A DNA stretch of 19,995 nucleotides from Myxococcales bacterium (GCA_038320275.1 JBBQEB010000062.1:1-19995); one strand, 5' to 3'; positions 1 through 9,179 are shown, counted from the first letter of the stretch. Notes: a model not told the origin generated them from the letters alone. Made by a program: numbers and translations.

Positions 1-121
1 GTGGAAGGAAAACAGCGGCGAGCGCATCATCCAATTGCGCGCCGTCGCCCTCAGCGACCGGTGGGACGCCGCGATGAAGCTCACGCTGCGCCCGCTTCGA
101 AAGGCAGTGCGGGCGGCGTGA

Positions 122-571
122 TCAGGATGAGAGCCACACCCATGAGCACTGCAGCGCGGTCCCACCGCATGCGCCTGCGCCGTTGCACTGGTCGCCATAG
201 GTACACGCATCTCCGTCGTTACAGGATGACCCCGCAGGCGCATACCCAATCGTACATGTCGGCGTCCCGTTGCAGGACCGGGCGGTGCACGCGTCGGACG
301 AGCACTGAACGGCAGTGCCCACACACTGGCCCGCGCCATTACATGAGTCGCCGTATGTGCAGGCATTGCCGTCGTCGCAGATTCCTCCAGCAGACAGGTT
401 TTGGAGGGTCCAGCCTACGGTGCGATTGCACGCCCAACGCTTGCACGGCGGGGCCTCGCCGGGATCATCCCAGAGTTCTGGGCAAGGAATCGACACCCTC
501 GCCGTCTGCATGCTGACGGAGAGCACCGCGATTGCCAGCAGCGGCCGGGAGAAGGGAAGCGCCAAGCGCAT
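122..571 (-). CDS. Secreted cysteine-rich repeat protein (myxobacterial-type C-x-DG-x-ACT-x-x-D-x-C repeats), possibly truncated
   Basis: N-terminal hydrophobic signal-like segment (MRLALPFSRPLLAIAVLSVS). Two near-identical repeats CDDGNACTYGDSCNGAGQCVGTAVQCS / CNDGDACTYGDQCNGAGACGGTALQCS. Ends abruptly after the second repeat. Confidence 0.7.
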   Translation of the reverse strand: MRLALPFSRPLLAIAVLSVSMQTARVSIPCPELWDDPGEAPPCKRWACNRTVGWTLQNLSAGGICDDGNACTYGDSCNGAGQCVGTAVQCSSDACTARSCNGTPTCTIGYAPAGSSCNDGDACTYGDQCNGAGACGGTALQCSWVWLSS

Positions 572-744
572 ACCGGTCCTTCCTGTAATGGGGGAGGCGC
601 AATGGACCCTCGGAGGTCCAGGGGCACTTGCACCGCTACTTCACCGATCGTATTGCACGAAACGGGAATCGGATATCCCGCGATCAAGGGGCGTATCGAG
701 TCACGCTTCCGGCGGGGTGGCGCAAGGTTGGCTGTACCAGCGAA

Positions 745-971
745 CTCGCGGCGGATGCGAGGTACACACGGGTGTACGGCCCCCCGTGCTGAACGGGCCC
801 CTGCAGCGGCTCGTTCAGGACCCGCTCGCGGGCAAGATCCTGCGCGGCGAGTTCAAGCCCGGCGACCACATCGTGGTGGACGAGGGCAACAGCGAGACGC
901 TCGACTTCAGGAAGGCGGCCGCGAGCGCCGTCGCGGGGGCACCGGTCGCGAAGTGGGCGGCGGGGCGGTGA
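745..971 (+). pseudogene. clpB: 3' remnant of a ClpB/Hsp100 chaperone gene (D2-small domain end)
   Basis: 801-971 reads LQRLVQDPLAGKILRGEFKPGDHIVVDEG..., a typical ClpB C-terminus. 745-800 is a frameshift-degraded version of LADAGYDPVYGARPLKRA (reads LAADARYTRVYG, then broken). No upstream AAA+ domains are present. Confidence 0.75.
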
Positions 972-1049
972 ACGACCGCCGCCTGTCAGCCTCCCACTGC
1001 GGGCGCGCAATCGACACCAGTTCCTTTCGAGAGCTGATTCCCGGTGCCC

Positions 1050-1438
1050 CTACCCCTTCCCTCCGCGCGCCGCGAGGTAGGCGTGCGCGATGGAGGTCTC
1101 GTCGACGAACCCGACGATGGCGCCCGCCGCGTCGGTGACGGGCAGCTCCCGCACGCCGCGCGAGAGCATGGCCTCGAAAGCCGAGCGCACCCCATCGTCG
1201 AGGCTCAAGGCGATGGGAGGTCGCATCGCGTCCCCCGCGTTCGCGATGCCGTCGAGGTGCGGCTCGCCCGCGAGCCCGATGAGATCCTGCAGTGTGAGGA
1301 CCCCGACCATCGCTCCGCCGTCCATGACGGGAAAGACCTCCTGCCGCGTCCGGCCCGACAGGATGCGCATGAGCTCCCCCATCCGGCGCTGCGCTCCAGC
1401 GTGGCGAAGGGCGCGGTGTCGAGCGGGACCCCGCGCAG
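1050..1438 (-). pseudogene. C-terminal CBS-domain part of the chloride channel (ClC) gene, separated by the IS and frameshifted near 1383
   Basis: QEVFPVMDGGAMVGVLTLQDL and RELPVTDAAGAIVGFVDETSI are CBS motifs. The segment joins in frame to the ClC part at 3387 once the IS is removed. Confidence 0.85.
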
Positions 1439-1480
1439 GGAGACCCGAGTTTGAAAATGGCACCGGCCTCATAGGCACAC
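1439..1480. repeat. Target-site duplication plus IS terminal inverted repeat (transposase 3' side)
   Basis: GGAGA|CCCGAGTTTGAAAAT...GGCCTCATAGGCACAC, an imperfect inverted copy of 3351-3386. Confidence 0.9.
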
Positions 1481-3386
1481 TTCCCCCAGGTATTACGGGT
1501 AGATGTGCACGGAACTGGTCGAGGGGTCGTGTTACTAGGTGAGGGGTGGCGGCGGCGGGTTCGGTACCTGCGTAACCCCGTGGATCTTGGGCGGGGGATC
1601 GACCCTGAGCTTCCGGAGGAGCCCCTCGGTTTCCGGGCTCATGGAGGTGGTCTGGAGGTCGCGCGAGCCGCCGCGGTCGTACTCGATGACCTTCCCGCGC
1701 TCCAGCTCGGCACTGACGTTGCGCCAGGTGTCGCCGGCGCGGATCTCGATGATGCGCTCCAGGAGTAGCGCGAGGACGGAGATGGTGACGTGGGCCTGGA
1801 TGCGCCAGGATGCATGGTGGAAGACCGGCCGCATCCGCAGCCCGCCCTTGAGCTGCCGCCAGCACTGCTCGACGCGGAGGAGCTGCTTGTAGCCCAGGGC
1901 AAGATCCTCGGCGGTGAGCGAGTCGTCGTTGGAGGTAATGACCCACTTGCCGTCATAGCGGCTGGCGTCCTCAATGGCGCCGCGGTCGATGGCAATCTTG
2001 CCGGTCTTGGACTCACGCAGGAGCCGACCGTAGCGGGCGCTGGTGCGCAGTTCGCAGACGCGCTTGGAGTGGGCCTTCCCCGCGCGCTGGTCGAGCGTGG
2101 CGAGTTCGGCCTCGAGCTCGCCGATCAGCTTCTGGCGGTGCGCCGCCTGCCGCTCTGCCTCGGCCGGGTTGTGGCAGACGACGTAGCGTCGGCGGCGCTC
2201 GCCGTCACCGACCAGGACCTCCTTGACCCGCAGGTTGTCGCGGACCTCCTGGTAGCGGCCGGCGCGAGCGAGCACCTCGGTGGTGACCTCGTCGCCGGCG
2301 CGCATCCGCGAGGCGAGGATGTACTTGCCGTTGCCGAGCGCGAGCTTCTGCCGGTTCTCCTCCGAGTTCATCCCGGCGTCGCCGACGAAGACGCAGCGCC
2401 CGAGCCGCCAACCGCGCAGGTCCTCCTTCACCTTGGCGACCGTCGTCATGTCATTGGTCTCGCCGGAGAAGACCCACGACCGCACCGGCAGGCCGTCGCG
2501 CGTGACGGCCAGACCGACCACGATCTGCGGCGCGTCGCCCCGTCCGTTCTTGGAGTGGCCACGCTTGCGCAGCGCCTCGTACTCGCGCCCGTGATGGGCG
2601 TGCGGCGCCTCGTCCTCCTCGTCGATCTCGAAGTGCAGCGAGGTCGTGTCGTAGAAGATGACGTCGACGTCGGCGTTCATCAGGTCGGCCATCTTGAAGT
2701 AGACGGCCTTCTCGACGTCGAGCTTGTGATCCTCCAGGAAGTCCATCGCCAAGTAGAGGTGGTGCAAGTCGAGCGCCTTGGCGTCCGGCAGGAACACCTC
2801 CTCGCGGAGCCACTGCTCCCAGCAGTAGAGCTTGGAGTACGGCGACAGCGCGCGGTTGGCGACCATCGCGAAGAGCGCGCGCTCGAACGCCTCCGCCGTC
2901 CGTCGCGTCTTCGCGTGCGCCCGCAGGATCTCGTCGACGCCGAGTTCGGACCAGAGCTTCCCGAGCGCGTAGACCCCGCCGTAGGGCCACGACTGCCGGA
3001 GCTCCACGTCGTCGGGGACGACCACATCGTCCTTCGCGGTGGAGACCTCTCCCACCGAGCGCAGGATGCTCGCTGCGAGGCTCCGCAGCACCTGCTCCTT
3101 CGCCTCGTCGGCCCGACCGAAGTTGTAGACCACCTTGGCGACTGCGAAGCGCCGCTCGGTGTCCCAGGTGTTCTCGGCGAGCTGGTGGTACTTGACCTCG
3201 GTGCCGTCGGCGTTCCGGCGCTTCGTCGTCCGCAGGTACATGCCTATTTGATACGACGTAAGATGCCTACGGTCAAGCCAGCAGGCGCAAGTCGTGTGCC
3301 TATGAGTTTCGGGCCTCAGCGGCGCTCAACCCCTGGAGATGACTGGGTGCGTGTGCCTCGGAGGCCCGGAAATTTTCAAAGTCGGG
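1444..3386 (-). mobile_element. Complete IS1634-family insertion sequence (1943 bp)
   Basis: Terminal inverted repeats CCCGAGTTTGAAAAT (1444-1458) and ATTTTCAAAGTCGGG (3372-3386), 14/15 match. Direct repeat GGAGA at 1439-1443 and 3387-3391. Single transposase ORF inside. Confidence 0.93.
1535..3241 (-). CDS. IS1634-family DDE transposase, 568 aa, intact
   Basis: Motifs FYDTTSLHFE, RGHSKNGRGDAPQIVVGL, VFVGDAGM, DGKWVITSN, YKQLLRVEQCWRQLK, RPVFH...IQAHV. Tandem TAG TAA stops. Confidence 0.93.
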   Translation of the reverse strand: MYLRTTKRRNADGTEVKYHQLAENTWDTERRFAVAKVVYNFGRADEAKEQVLRSLAASILRSVGEVSTAKDDVVVPDDVELRQSWPYGGVYALGKLWSELGVDEILRAHAKTRRTAEAFERALFAMVANRALSPYSKLYCWEQWLREEVFLPDAKALDLHHLYLAMDFLEDHKLDVEKAVYFKMADLMNADVDVIFYDTTSLHFEIDEEDEAPHAHHGREYEALRKRGHSKNGRGDAPQIVVGLAVTRDGLPVRSWVFSGETNDMTTVAKVKEDLRGWRLGRCVFVGDAGMNSEENRQKLALGNGKYILASRMRAGDEVTTEVLARAGRYQEVRDNLRVKEVLVGDGERRRRYVVCHNPAEAERQAAHRQKLIGELEAELATLDQRAGKAHSKRVCELRTSARYGRLLRESKTGKIAIDRGAIEDASRYDGKWVITSNDDSLTAEDLALGYKQLLRVEQCWRQLKGGLRMRPVFHHASWRIQAHVTISVLALLLERIIEIRAGDTWRNVSAELERGKVIEYDRGGSRDLQTTSMSPETEGLLRKLRVDPPPKIHGVTQVPNPPPPPLT

Positions 3387-3391
3387 GGAGA
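3351..3391. repeat. IS terminal inverted repeat (transposase 5' side) plus target-site duplication
   Basis: GTGTGCCTCGGAGGCCCGGAAATTTTCAAAGTCGGG|GGAGA. Confidence 0.9.
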
Positions 3392-4165
3392 GCCTCTCCA
3401 GCCGGTCGGCGAGCGTCTCCTCGCGGAGCTGCACGCCGTCCTGCTCGAGCAGGGCCTCGTAGATGGGGGTGGGCCAGTAGTGTCGGGCGATGCCGTAGGC
3501 CAGCATGTTGGCGATCATGAGCGGCAGGATGAGGGAGTACCCTCCCGTCATCTCGACGATGATCAAGACGGAGGTGGTCGGCGCGCGGATGATCCCCGCG
3601 AACACCGCCCCCATCCCGACCAGGGCGAACGTGCCCAGGGCGTCGCTGGAGTGGTGCAGGAGCGCCATGTCCAGCGCGCCGACGGCGCCGCCCGCCATGC
3701 CGCCGATGAACAGCGCGGGCGCGAAGATGCCGCCTGCACCCCCGCTGGAGTAGGAGAAGACGGTCGCCGCCAGCTTGAGGAGGCAGAGCGGGACGAGCAG
3801 CTTCAGGGCGACCTTCTCCGCCAGCGCCGCCCCGAGGGTCGCGTAGCCGCCGCCCGTCACGCCCGGGGCGCCGAGGGTGGCGACGGCCAGCACCGCCAGC
3901 AGGCCCGTCGCGAGCCCTCCTACCGCGGGGTGCGCCCAGCGGTGCCGCGCGCCCTTGAAGCGCCTGCGCAACGCGACCAGGGACTCGGTGAAGGCGAGCG
4001 CGAGCGCCGCCGCCACGAGCCCCAGCACGGCGTACATCACGAGCGAGGACAGGTGCTCGAGCCCGTAGGGCCGGGGGACCTCGAAGATGGGGTGAACGAC
4101 GAGGACGCTGCGCTCGACGATGGCGCCAGCGCGGCGGCGACCACCACCCCGGAGAGGACGGTCTG
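3387..4165 (-). pseudogene. Chloride channel (ClC family) membrane domain, C-terminal half only
   Basis: Motifs GGAGGIFAPALFIGG, APTTSVLIIVEMTG and PIYEALL. The N-terminal half (GSGIP/GREGP motifs) is absent. An alternative frame 4165-4127 reads QTVLSGVVVAAALA, implying a 1-nt deletion near 4125. Confidence 0.88.
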
Positions 4166-4641
4166 CCACCACGCCCATGATGACCTCGGCCTCCCAGGAT
4201 GGCCGGGACGACAGCAACTGTCGGAACCCCATCCGCTTCATGGCGGTGAGCACGGCGTGGGTATCGCCGTGGATGCGCGAGGCGGTGACCTCGAAGAGCT
4301 CGCTGGCCGGGGCGAGGCGCTCGCCGTGCAACACGCGGCGGATCGCGTCGATCTGCTCGTCGGCGAGAGACGAAAGATTGGCGAGCGTGCGCTTGCGCAC
4401 CTTGCCGCCGTCGCGAAAGGACTCCCGGAGCAGGTAGGCGGGACGGGAGCCTCGGTTAGGCACGACGTCGACGTGCATGGGATACAGTAGCGCATGTAGG
4501 CGACATTCTGCAAGCTCATGGATGACAAATACATGGCTACATTATGCAGCCCGTTACGACAGCGGCGCAGCACCGAAGCTCTGCGCCGCATGGACTTCCC
4601 TGCCTTTACGAGGTCTGGAACCTACCGAAACTTCAGGCTAG
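4166..4641 (-). mobile_element. Truncated second IS1634-type element: 5' end plus first ~105 codons of transposase (ATG at 4478)
   Basis: MHVDVVPNRGSRPAYLLRESFRDGGKVRKRTLANLSSL is an IS1634-type transposase N-terminus. It is preceded by a lower-GC non-coding leader. The end at ...GAAACTTCAGGCTAG (4641) is inferred because no partner end is present. Confidence 0.7.
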
Positions 4642-4643
4642 AC

Positions 4644-5165
4644 ATGGGGATGGACCTTCTCGACATCCCGACCCGGACCGAAGGCGGCTTTCACGTGGTG
4701 GTGGAGTCCCCGCGCGGCGTCGGCCTCAAGCTGAAGCTCGACCCCAAGCTCAATGCGTTCGTCGCTTCGCGCGCGCTGCCGCTCGGGTTCGTCTACCCCT
4801 ATGACTGGGGGTTCATCCCCGGCACCAAGGGGCCCGACGGCGACCCGGTCGACGCGCTCGTCTACTGGGACGTGGGGAGCCATCCGGGCGTCGTCCTCCG
4901 GTGCCGGCCGCTCGGGGTGCTGCTGCTGGAAGAGGACGCGAAGGGCGGCGGACGCGAGCGCAACGACCGGGTGCTGGTGGTGCCGCTCGATCATCCCCGC
5001 GCCGAGGCCCTGCGTTCCGTCGAGGAGCTTCCCGAGCGGCTGCGCGACGAGCTGGCGCACTTCTTCACCTCCCAGATCTTCTTCGCGCCCAAGAACCCCA
5101 AGCTGCTGGGCTGGCGGGGGCCCTCGGCCGCCGAGGAGGTCATCGCCGGCGGAAGGCCGAAATGA
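4644..5165 (+). CDS. ppa: Family I inorganic pyrophosphatase (divergent active site); start 4644 or 4650
   Basis: VVVESPRG, YPYDWGFIPGT and DGDPVDAL signature. The ORF-track extension from 4518 lies in the IS leader. Confidence 0.88.
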   Translation: MGMDLLDIPTRTEGGFHVVVESPRGVGLKLKLDPKLNAFVASRALPLGFVYPYDWGFIPGTKGPDGDPVDALVYWDVGSHPGVVLRCRPLGVLLLEEDAKGGGRERNDRVLVVPLDHPRAEALRSVEELPERLRDELAHFFTSQIFFAPKNPKLLGWRGPSAAEEVIAGGRPK

Positions 5166-5168
5166 ACT

Positions 5169-6728
5169 TCATCCGCGCCGCGCGGTGAGCTCCAGCTCGC
5201 GCCCGAAGACCTCCCGGAAGAAGGCGCCCTCGCGCGCGGTGTCCCAGACCTCGAGCGCCGCGGGCCCGCGCAGTCGCAGCCGGATCGCGACCGCACCGCG
5301 CCGCGCCTCGGCGCGCAGCGCGCGCACGGGCTGCTGGTGCGAGGCGTCGAGCGCGTTGGCCACCCGCAGGAGGGCCGCCAGCTTGCGAACGAGGCCGAGC
5401 TCCTCGGGCGAGAGCCCCGCCAGATCGGGGCGCCGCGCGTCGGGCGTGGACCGCCGATGGTACCGCGCGACGTGGGCCACGAGCAGCCGCTCGCGCTCCG
5501 AGAAGCCCGCCAGATCGGCGTTCGCCACCAGGTAGAAGGTGTGCTTGTGGTGCCTGTGGAAGGACACCGCGACGCCGACGTCGTGGAGCATCGCCGCGGC
5601 CTCGAGGATGCGCCGTGCGTGAAAGGGCAGGGCGTGCAGCGCGTCGAGGTCCTCGAACAGCCTCACCGCGAGGGCCCCGACCTGCACGCCGTGCCGCTCG
5701 TCGAACCCGAGGCGCCGCCCGAAGGCGAGCGCGGCCGCGGCGGCGGAGCGGTCGTCCTCGGGAGAGCTCCGCCGCAGGAGGTCCAGCAGGACGCCGTTGC
5801 GCAAACCGGTGTCGACGCTTCGCACCGCCTGGAGGCCCAGGTGCCCGACCGCGGCCTCCAGGATGGCCGCTCCGGCGACGATGATCTCGGCGCGCCGGGG
5901 CTCGAAATGGCGCCGCCGCTCGGCGAGGTCCATGGCAGCGAGGAGCTTCACCGCCCGCGCGAGCTCCTTGGCGGTGGCGGTGCGGCCCTTGCGCGCCGCG
6001 AAGGCCACCACCGCGTTGATGGTGCCAGAGCTGCCGACGGCGACGCGGGGCGCGGCCGCGCCGGGCCGCGCCGGCGGCAGCCCTTCCCGGAAGGCCTCCG
6101 CCGCGTAGTCGCGTATCAGCGCGAGCCGCTTGCGGTTCACCTTGGAGGCGGTCCCGAACATGTCGGTGAGCCGGACCGCGCCGAGCGCGACGCTCGCGAG
6201 GCTGGTGGGGCGCTCCCCCTCGGCGGTCGCAACCTCCGTCGAGCCGCCGCCGATGTCGAGCACGGTGGAGAGCTGGCCCGGTGGCGTTCCGTGGAGCACG
6301 CCCAGGCAGATGAGCCGCGCCTCCTCCGCACCGGAGATGATCTCGAGCTCGAGCCCGGAGCCCTCCCGCGCGCGGCGCACGATGTCGGCGCCGTTGCGCG
6401 CCTCCCGGAGCGCGCTCGTCGCCACCGCCCGGACCCGGGCGCCGTCGCGCCGGCAGAGCGCGGCGTACCGGCTGAGGGTGAACAGCAGCCTGTCGGCCAC
6501 CGGGCGCGGGATGGACCCGGTGAGGAAGACGCCCTCGCCTGGCCGCACGGGGTCGCGCTCCTGGTGCAGCACCACCAGTTCCCCGTCCGCGGTGGGCCGG
6601 GCGAGCTCCAGCCGGACCGCATTCGAGCCGACGTCGATGGCCGCCAGGATGCGGGGGCGGCGTGCACGGGTCGGGCGCTTCGGCGGGGGCATCGGAGGGC
6701 GTTGTACCGGAAATCCGGGGGGTTTCAC
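5169..6728 (-). CDS. ppx: Exopolyphosphatase Ppx/GppA with C-terminal HD domain (alternative ATG start at 6692)
   Basis: IDVGSNAVR, VATSALREARN, SGAEEARL, LDIGGGSTE, GSSGT, GLRNG, LHDVG...HHKHTFYLV. Confidence 0.93.
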   Translation of the reverse strand: MKPPGFPVQRPPMPPPKRPTRARRPRILAAIDVGSNAVRLELARPTADGELVVLHQERDPVRPGEGVFLTGSIPRPVADRLLFTLSRYAALCRRDGARVRAVATSALREARNGADIVRRAREGSGLELEIISGAEEARLICLGVLHGTPPGQLSTVLDIGGGSTEVATAEGERPTSLASVALGAVRLTDMFGTASKVNRKRLALIRDYAAEAFREGLPPARPGAAAPRVAVGSSGTINAVVAFAARKGRTATAKELARAVKLLAAMDLAERRRHFEPRRAEIIVAGAAILEAAVGHLGLQAVRSVDTGLRNGVLLDLLRRSSPEDDRSAAAAALAFGRRLGFDERHGVQVGALAVRLFEDLDALHALPFHARRILEAAAMLHDVGVAVSFHRHHKHTFYLVANADLAGFSERERLLVAHVARYHRRSTPDARRPDLAGLSPEELGLVRKLAALLRVANALDASHQQPVRALRAEARRGAVAIRLRLRGPAALEVWDTAREGAFFREVFGRELELTARRG

Positions 6729-6853
6729 CGTGAACCGACGGTGCTCCGGGAGCCGCCCGGCCGGCAGGCGCGGTCCAAAACCTGATCGGGTGCGTACCTT
6801 CGACTACAATGGACCCTGCAGCGCGGTGTCAGGCGCGCGCAGCGACGGCCATC

Positions 6854-9055
6854 ATGCCCAGCCCCACCCTCAGAGAGAGCCTCGCCGAGGCGGTGTCCGC
6901 GCCCGAGGGCCCCTCCGCGCTCGACCCGTCCCTCTTCATCAACCGGGAGCTCTCCTGGCTGGAGTTCAACCAGCGGGTGCTGGACGAGGCCGCCGATCCG
7001 TCGCTGCCGCTCTCCGAGCGCCTCAAGTTCCTCGGCATCGCGTCCAGCAACCTGGACGAGTTCTTCATGGTCCGGGTGGCGGGGCTGAAAGTCCAGATCG
7101 AGGAGGGGGTGACCACCACCGCCGCCGACGGCCTGCTTCCCACGGAAGGGCTGAAGGCGGTGAGCACCCGTGTGCGCCGCATGGTGGACGACGGGTGCCG
7201 CCTCTGGCGCGACGCGCTCCGGCCGGGGCTGGAGCGCGAGCACGGCATCCGCATCGTGCGCCCGTCGGAGCTGACGCCGGAGGGGGCCGCCGAGGCGAGG
7301 CGCCACTTTCGCGAGCGGGTCCTCCCCCTGCTCACGCCGCTGGCGCACGACCGCAGCCATCCCTTCCCGCAGATCCAGAACAAGTCCATCTCGCTCGCGG
7401 TGCAGCTCCCCGCACCGGGCCAGCGCCGCCGCAAGCGGGCGGGCGGGACCATGGCGGTGGTGGGCGTGCCCACGGCCGCACTGCAGCGGCTCGTCCCGGT
7501 GGGCGACGGCCGAACCTTCGTCCTCGTGGAGGACCTCGTCGGCGAGCACGTGGCGGAGCTGTTCTTCTCCACCACCAAGCTCCGGACGGCTGCCTTCCGG
7601 GTGACCCGGAACTGGGACTTCGACGTCGATGCGGAGGAGGGCGACGACCTCCTCGCGCTCGTCTCGGAGGGCGTGCGCAGGCGCGACCAGGGCGCGCCGG
7701 TCCGGCTCGAGTTCGCGGCCGACGCGCCGCGCGAGCTCACCCAGCCCCTCGCGCGCCAGCACGGGCTCACCGAGGGCGATGTCTACGCGGTGGACGGGCC
7801 GCTACAGCTCCAGGACCTCGCCACCATCGCCGACCTCGCGCGCACCGACCGGCAGGCGCCGCGCGCCCTCGTCGCGGTGCCGGCCGTCCAGCTCGCCGAC
7901 GCGGAGTCGGTGCTCGACAGGGTCGCCCGCGGCGACGTGCTCCTCCACCACCCGTACGACGCCTTCGACCCGGTGGTGCGCTTCATCGAGGAGGCCGCCG
8001 ACGACCCCGACGTGAAGGCGATCAAGCAGGTGCTCTACCGAACCGGCAAGAACAGCCCGTTCGTGAAGGCGCTCCTGCGCGCCGCGGAGAAGGGCAAGCA
8101 GGTTGCGGTCTTCCTCGAGATCCGCGCGCGGCTCGACGAGGAGAACAACATCGGCCTCATCGACGAGCTCAAGCGGGCGAAGGCGATGGTGGTCTACGGC
8201 TACGACGGCTGCAAGACGCACTGCAAGATCTCGCTGGTGGTCCGCACCGAGGCCGGGGTGCCGCGCCGCTACGTGCACGTGGGGACCGGCAACTACAACC
8301 TCCAGACGGCGCGGCTCTACACGGACGTCTCGCTGCTCACCGCCCGCCCCGACATCGCAGAGGAGGTCGCGGCGGTCTTCAACATGCTGACCGGCAACAC
8401 CACCACCGACTTCGCCTCCCACGGCATCGTCCCGCAGTGGCCGTGGAAGCGGCTCGCCGTCGCGCCGCACGGTCTCAAGGAGAGGGTGCTCCGCCTCATC
8501 GAGGAGGAGGGGGCGGAGGCGGCGGCGGGGAGGCCCGCTCGCATCGCGGCGAAGATGAACTCGCTCGTCGATCGGGAGGTCATCACCGCCCTCTACCGCG
8601 CCAGCCAGGCCGGCGTGCGCGTCGACCTGCTGGTGCGCGGCATCTGCTGCCTGCGGCCCGGCATCTCCGGCGTCTCCGACCGCATCCGCGTTCACCAGGT
8701 GGTGGACCGCTATCTCGAGCACTCCCGCATCTTCGTGTTCGGCGAGGGGAAGCGCGCCCGCGCCTACCTCTCGTCCGCCGACTGGATGCCGCGCAACTTC
8801 CTCTCGCGGGTGGAGGTCATGGCGCCCGTCGAGGATCCCGAGCTCCGCGCCCGGGTGGTCGACATCATCGAGAAAGGCATGGCGGACGACGCGAAGGGCA
8901 GCGTGCTCCAGCCCGATGGGCGCTACCAGCGACGCCGCCCGCCTTCCGGGCAGCCGCCCATGCGCAGCCAGGAGGCGCTCGAGCCGCAGCGCCGCGCCGA
9001 CCCTCCAGAGCTCCGCCCCGTGTTCCCGCACGTCTCCCCGGGCCAGGCGCCGTGA
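6854..9055 (+). CDS. ppk1: Polyphosphate kinase 1
   Basis: FINRELSWLEFNQRVL, SNLDEFFMVRVAGL, LLHHPYDAF, KTHCK (phospho-accepting His), HVGTGNYN, DRYLEHSR, SSADWMPRN. Start could be 6809. Confidence 0.96.
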   Translation: MPSPTLRESLAEAVSAPEGPSALDPSLFINRELSWLEFNQRVLDEAADPSLPLSERLKFLGIASSNLDEFFMVRVAGLKVQIEEGVTTTAADGLLPTEGLKAVSTRVRRMVDDGCRLWRDALRPGLEREHGIRIVRPSELTPEGAAEARRHFRERVLPLLTPLAHDRSHPFPQIQNKSISLAVQLPAPGQRRRKRAGGTMAVVGVPTAALQRLVPVGDGRTFVLVEDLVGEHVAELFFSTTKLRTAAFRVTRNWDFDVDAEEGDDLLALVSEGVRRRDQGAPVRLEFAADAPRELTQPLARQHGLTEGDVYAVDGPLQLQDLATIADLARTDRQAPRALVAVPAVQLADAESVLDRVARGDVLLHHPYDAFDPVVRFIEEAADDPDVKAIKQVLYRTGKNSPFVKALLRAAEKGKQVAVFLEIRARLDEENNIGLIDELKRAKAMVVYGYDGCKTHCKISLVVRTEAGVPRRYVHVGTGNYNLQTARLYTDVSLLTARPDIAEEVAAVFNMLTGNTTTDFASHGIVPQWPWKRLAVAPHGLKERVLRLIEEEGAEAAAGRPARIAAKMNSLVDREVITALYRASQAGVRVDLLVRGICCLRPGISGVSDRIRVHQVVDRYLEHSRIFVFGEGKRARAYLSSADWMPRNFLSRVEVMAPVEDPELRARVVDIIEKGMADDAKGSVLQPDGRYQRRRPPSGQPPMRSQEALEPQRRADPPELRPVFPHVSPGQAP

Positions 9056-9090
9056 GGACCGCGCCCGTCGCGGGGGGTCACCCGGCGCAA

Positions 9091-9119
9091 TTGACGAGCT
9101 ATCGCCGAGGGTCTACATG
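9091..9119 (+). promoter_or_regulatory. Candidate sigma70-type promoter for ino1
   Basis: TTGACG-N17-TACATG in the ppk1-ino1 intergenic region. Good -35, weak -10. Confidence 0.35.
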
Positions 9120-9179
9120 GGGTCGCGCCCCCCCTCTCACCACCGCCTTCCCACCGTTCGGCCGGCCGAGGTCGTCATC

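Noticed and set aside
604..619. GGACC...GGTCC hairpin upstream of the Cys-rich gene
   Set aside because: Too short to distinguish from chance in GC-rich DNA.
3300..4478. Novel functional DNA-binding/ClC fusion protein
   Set aside because: Half of the ClC fold and the transposase catalytic domain are missing; better explained as debris.
4518..4643. N-terminal extension of ppa from ATG 4518
   Set aside because: Lies in the lower-GC IS leader; PPase similarity begins at MGMDLL.
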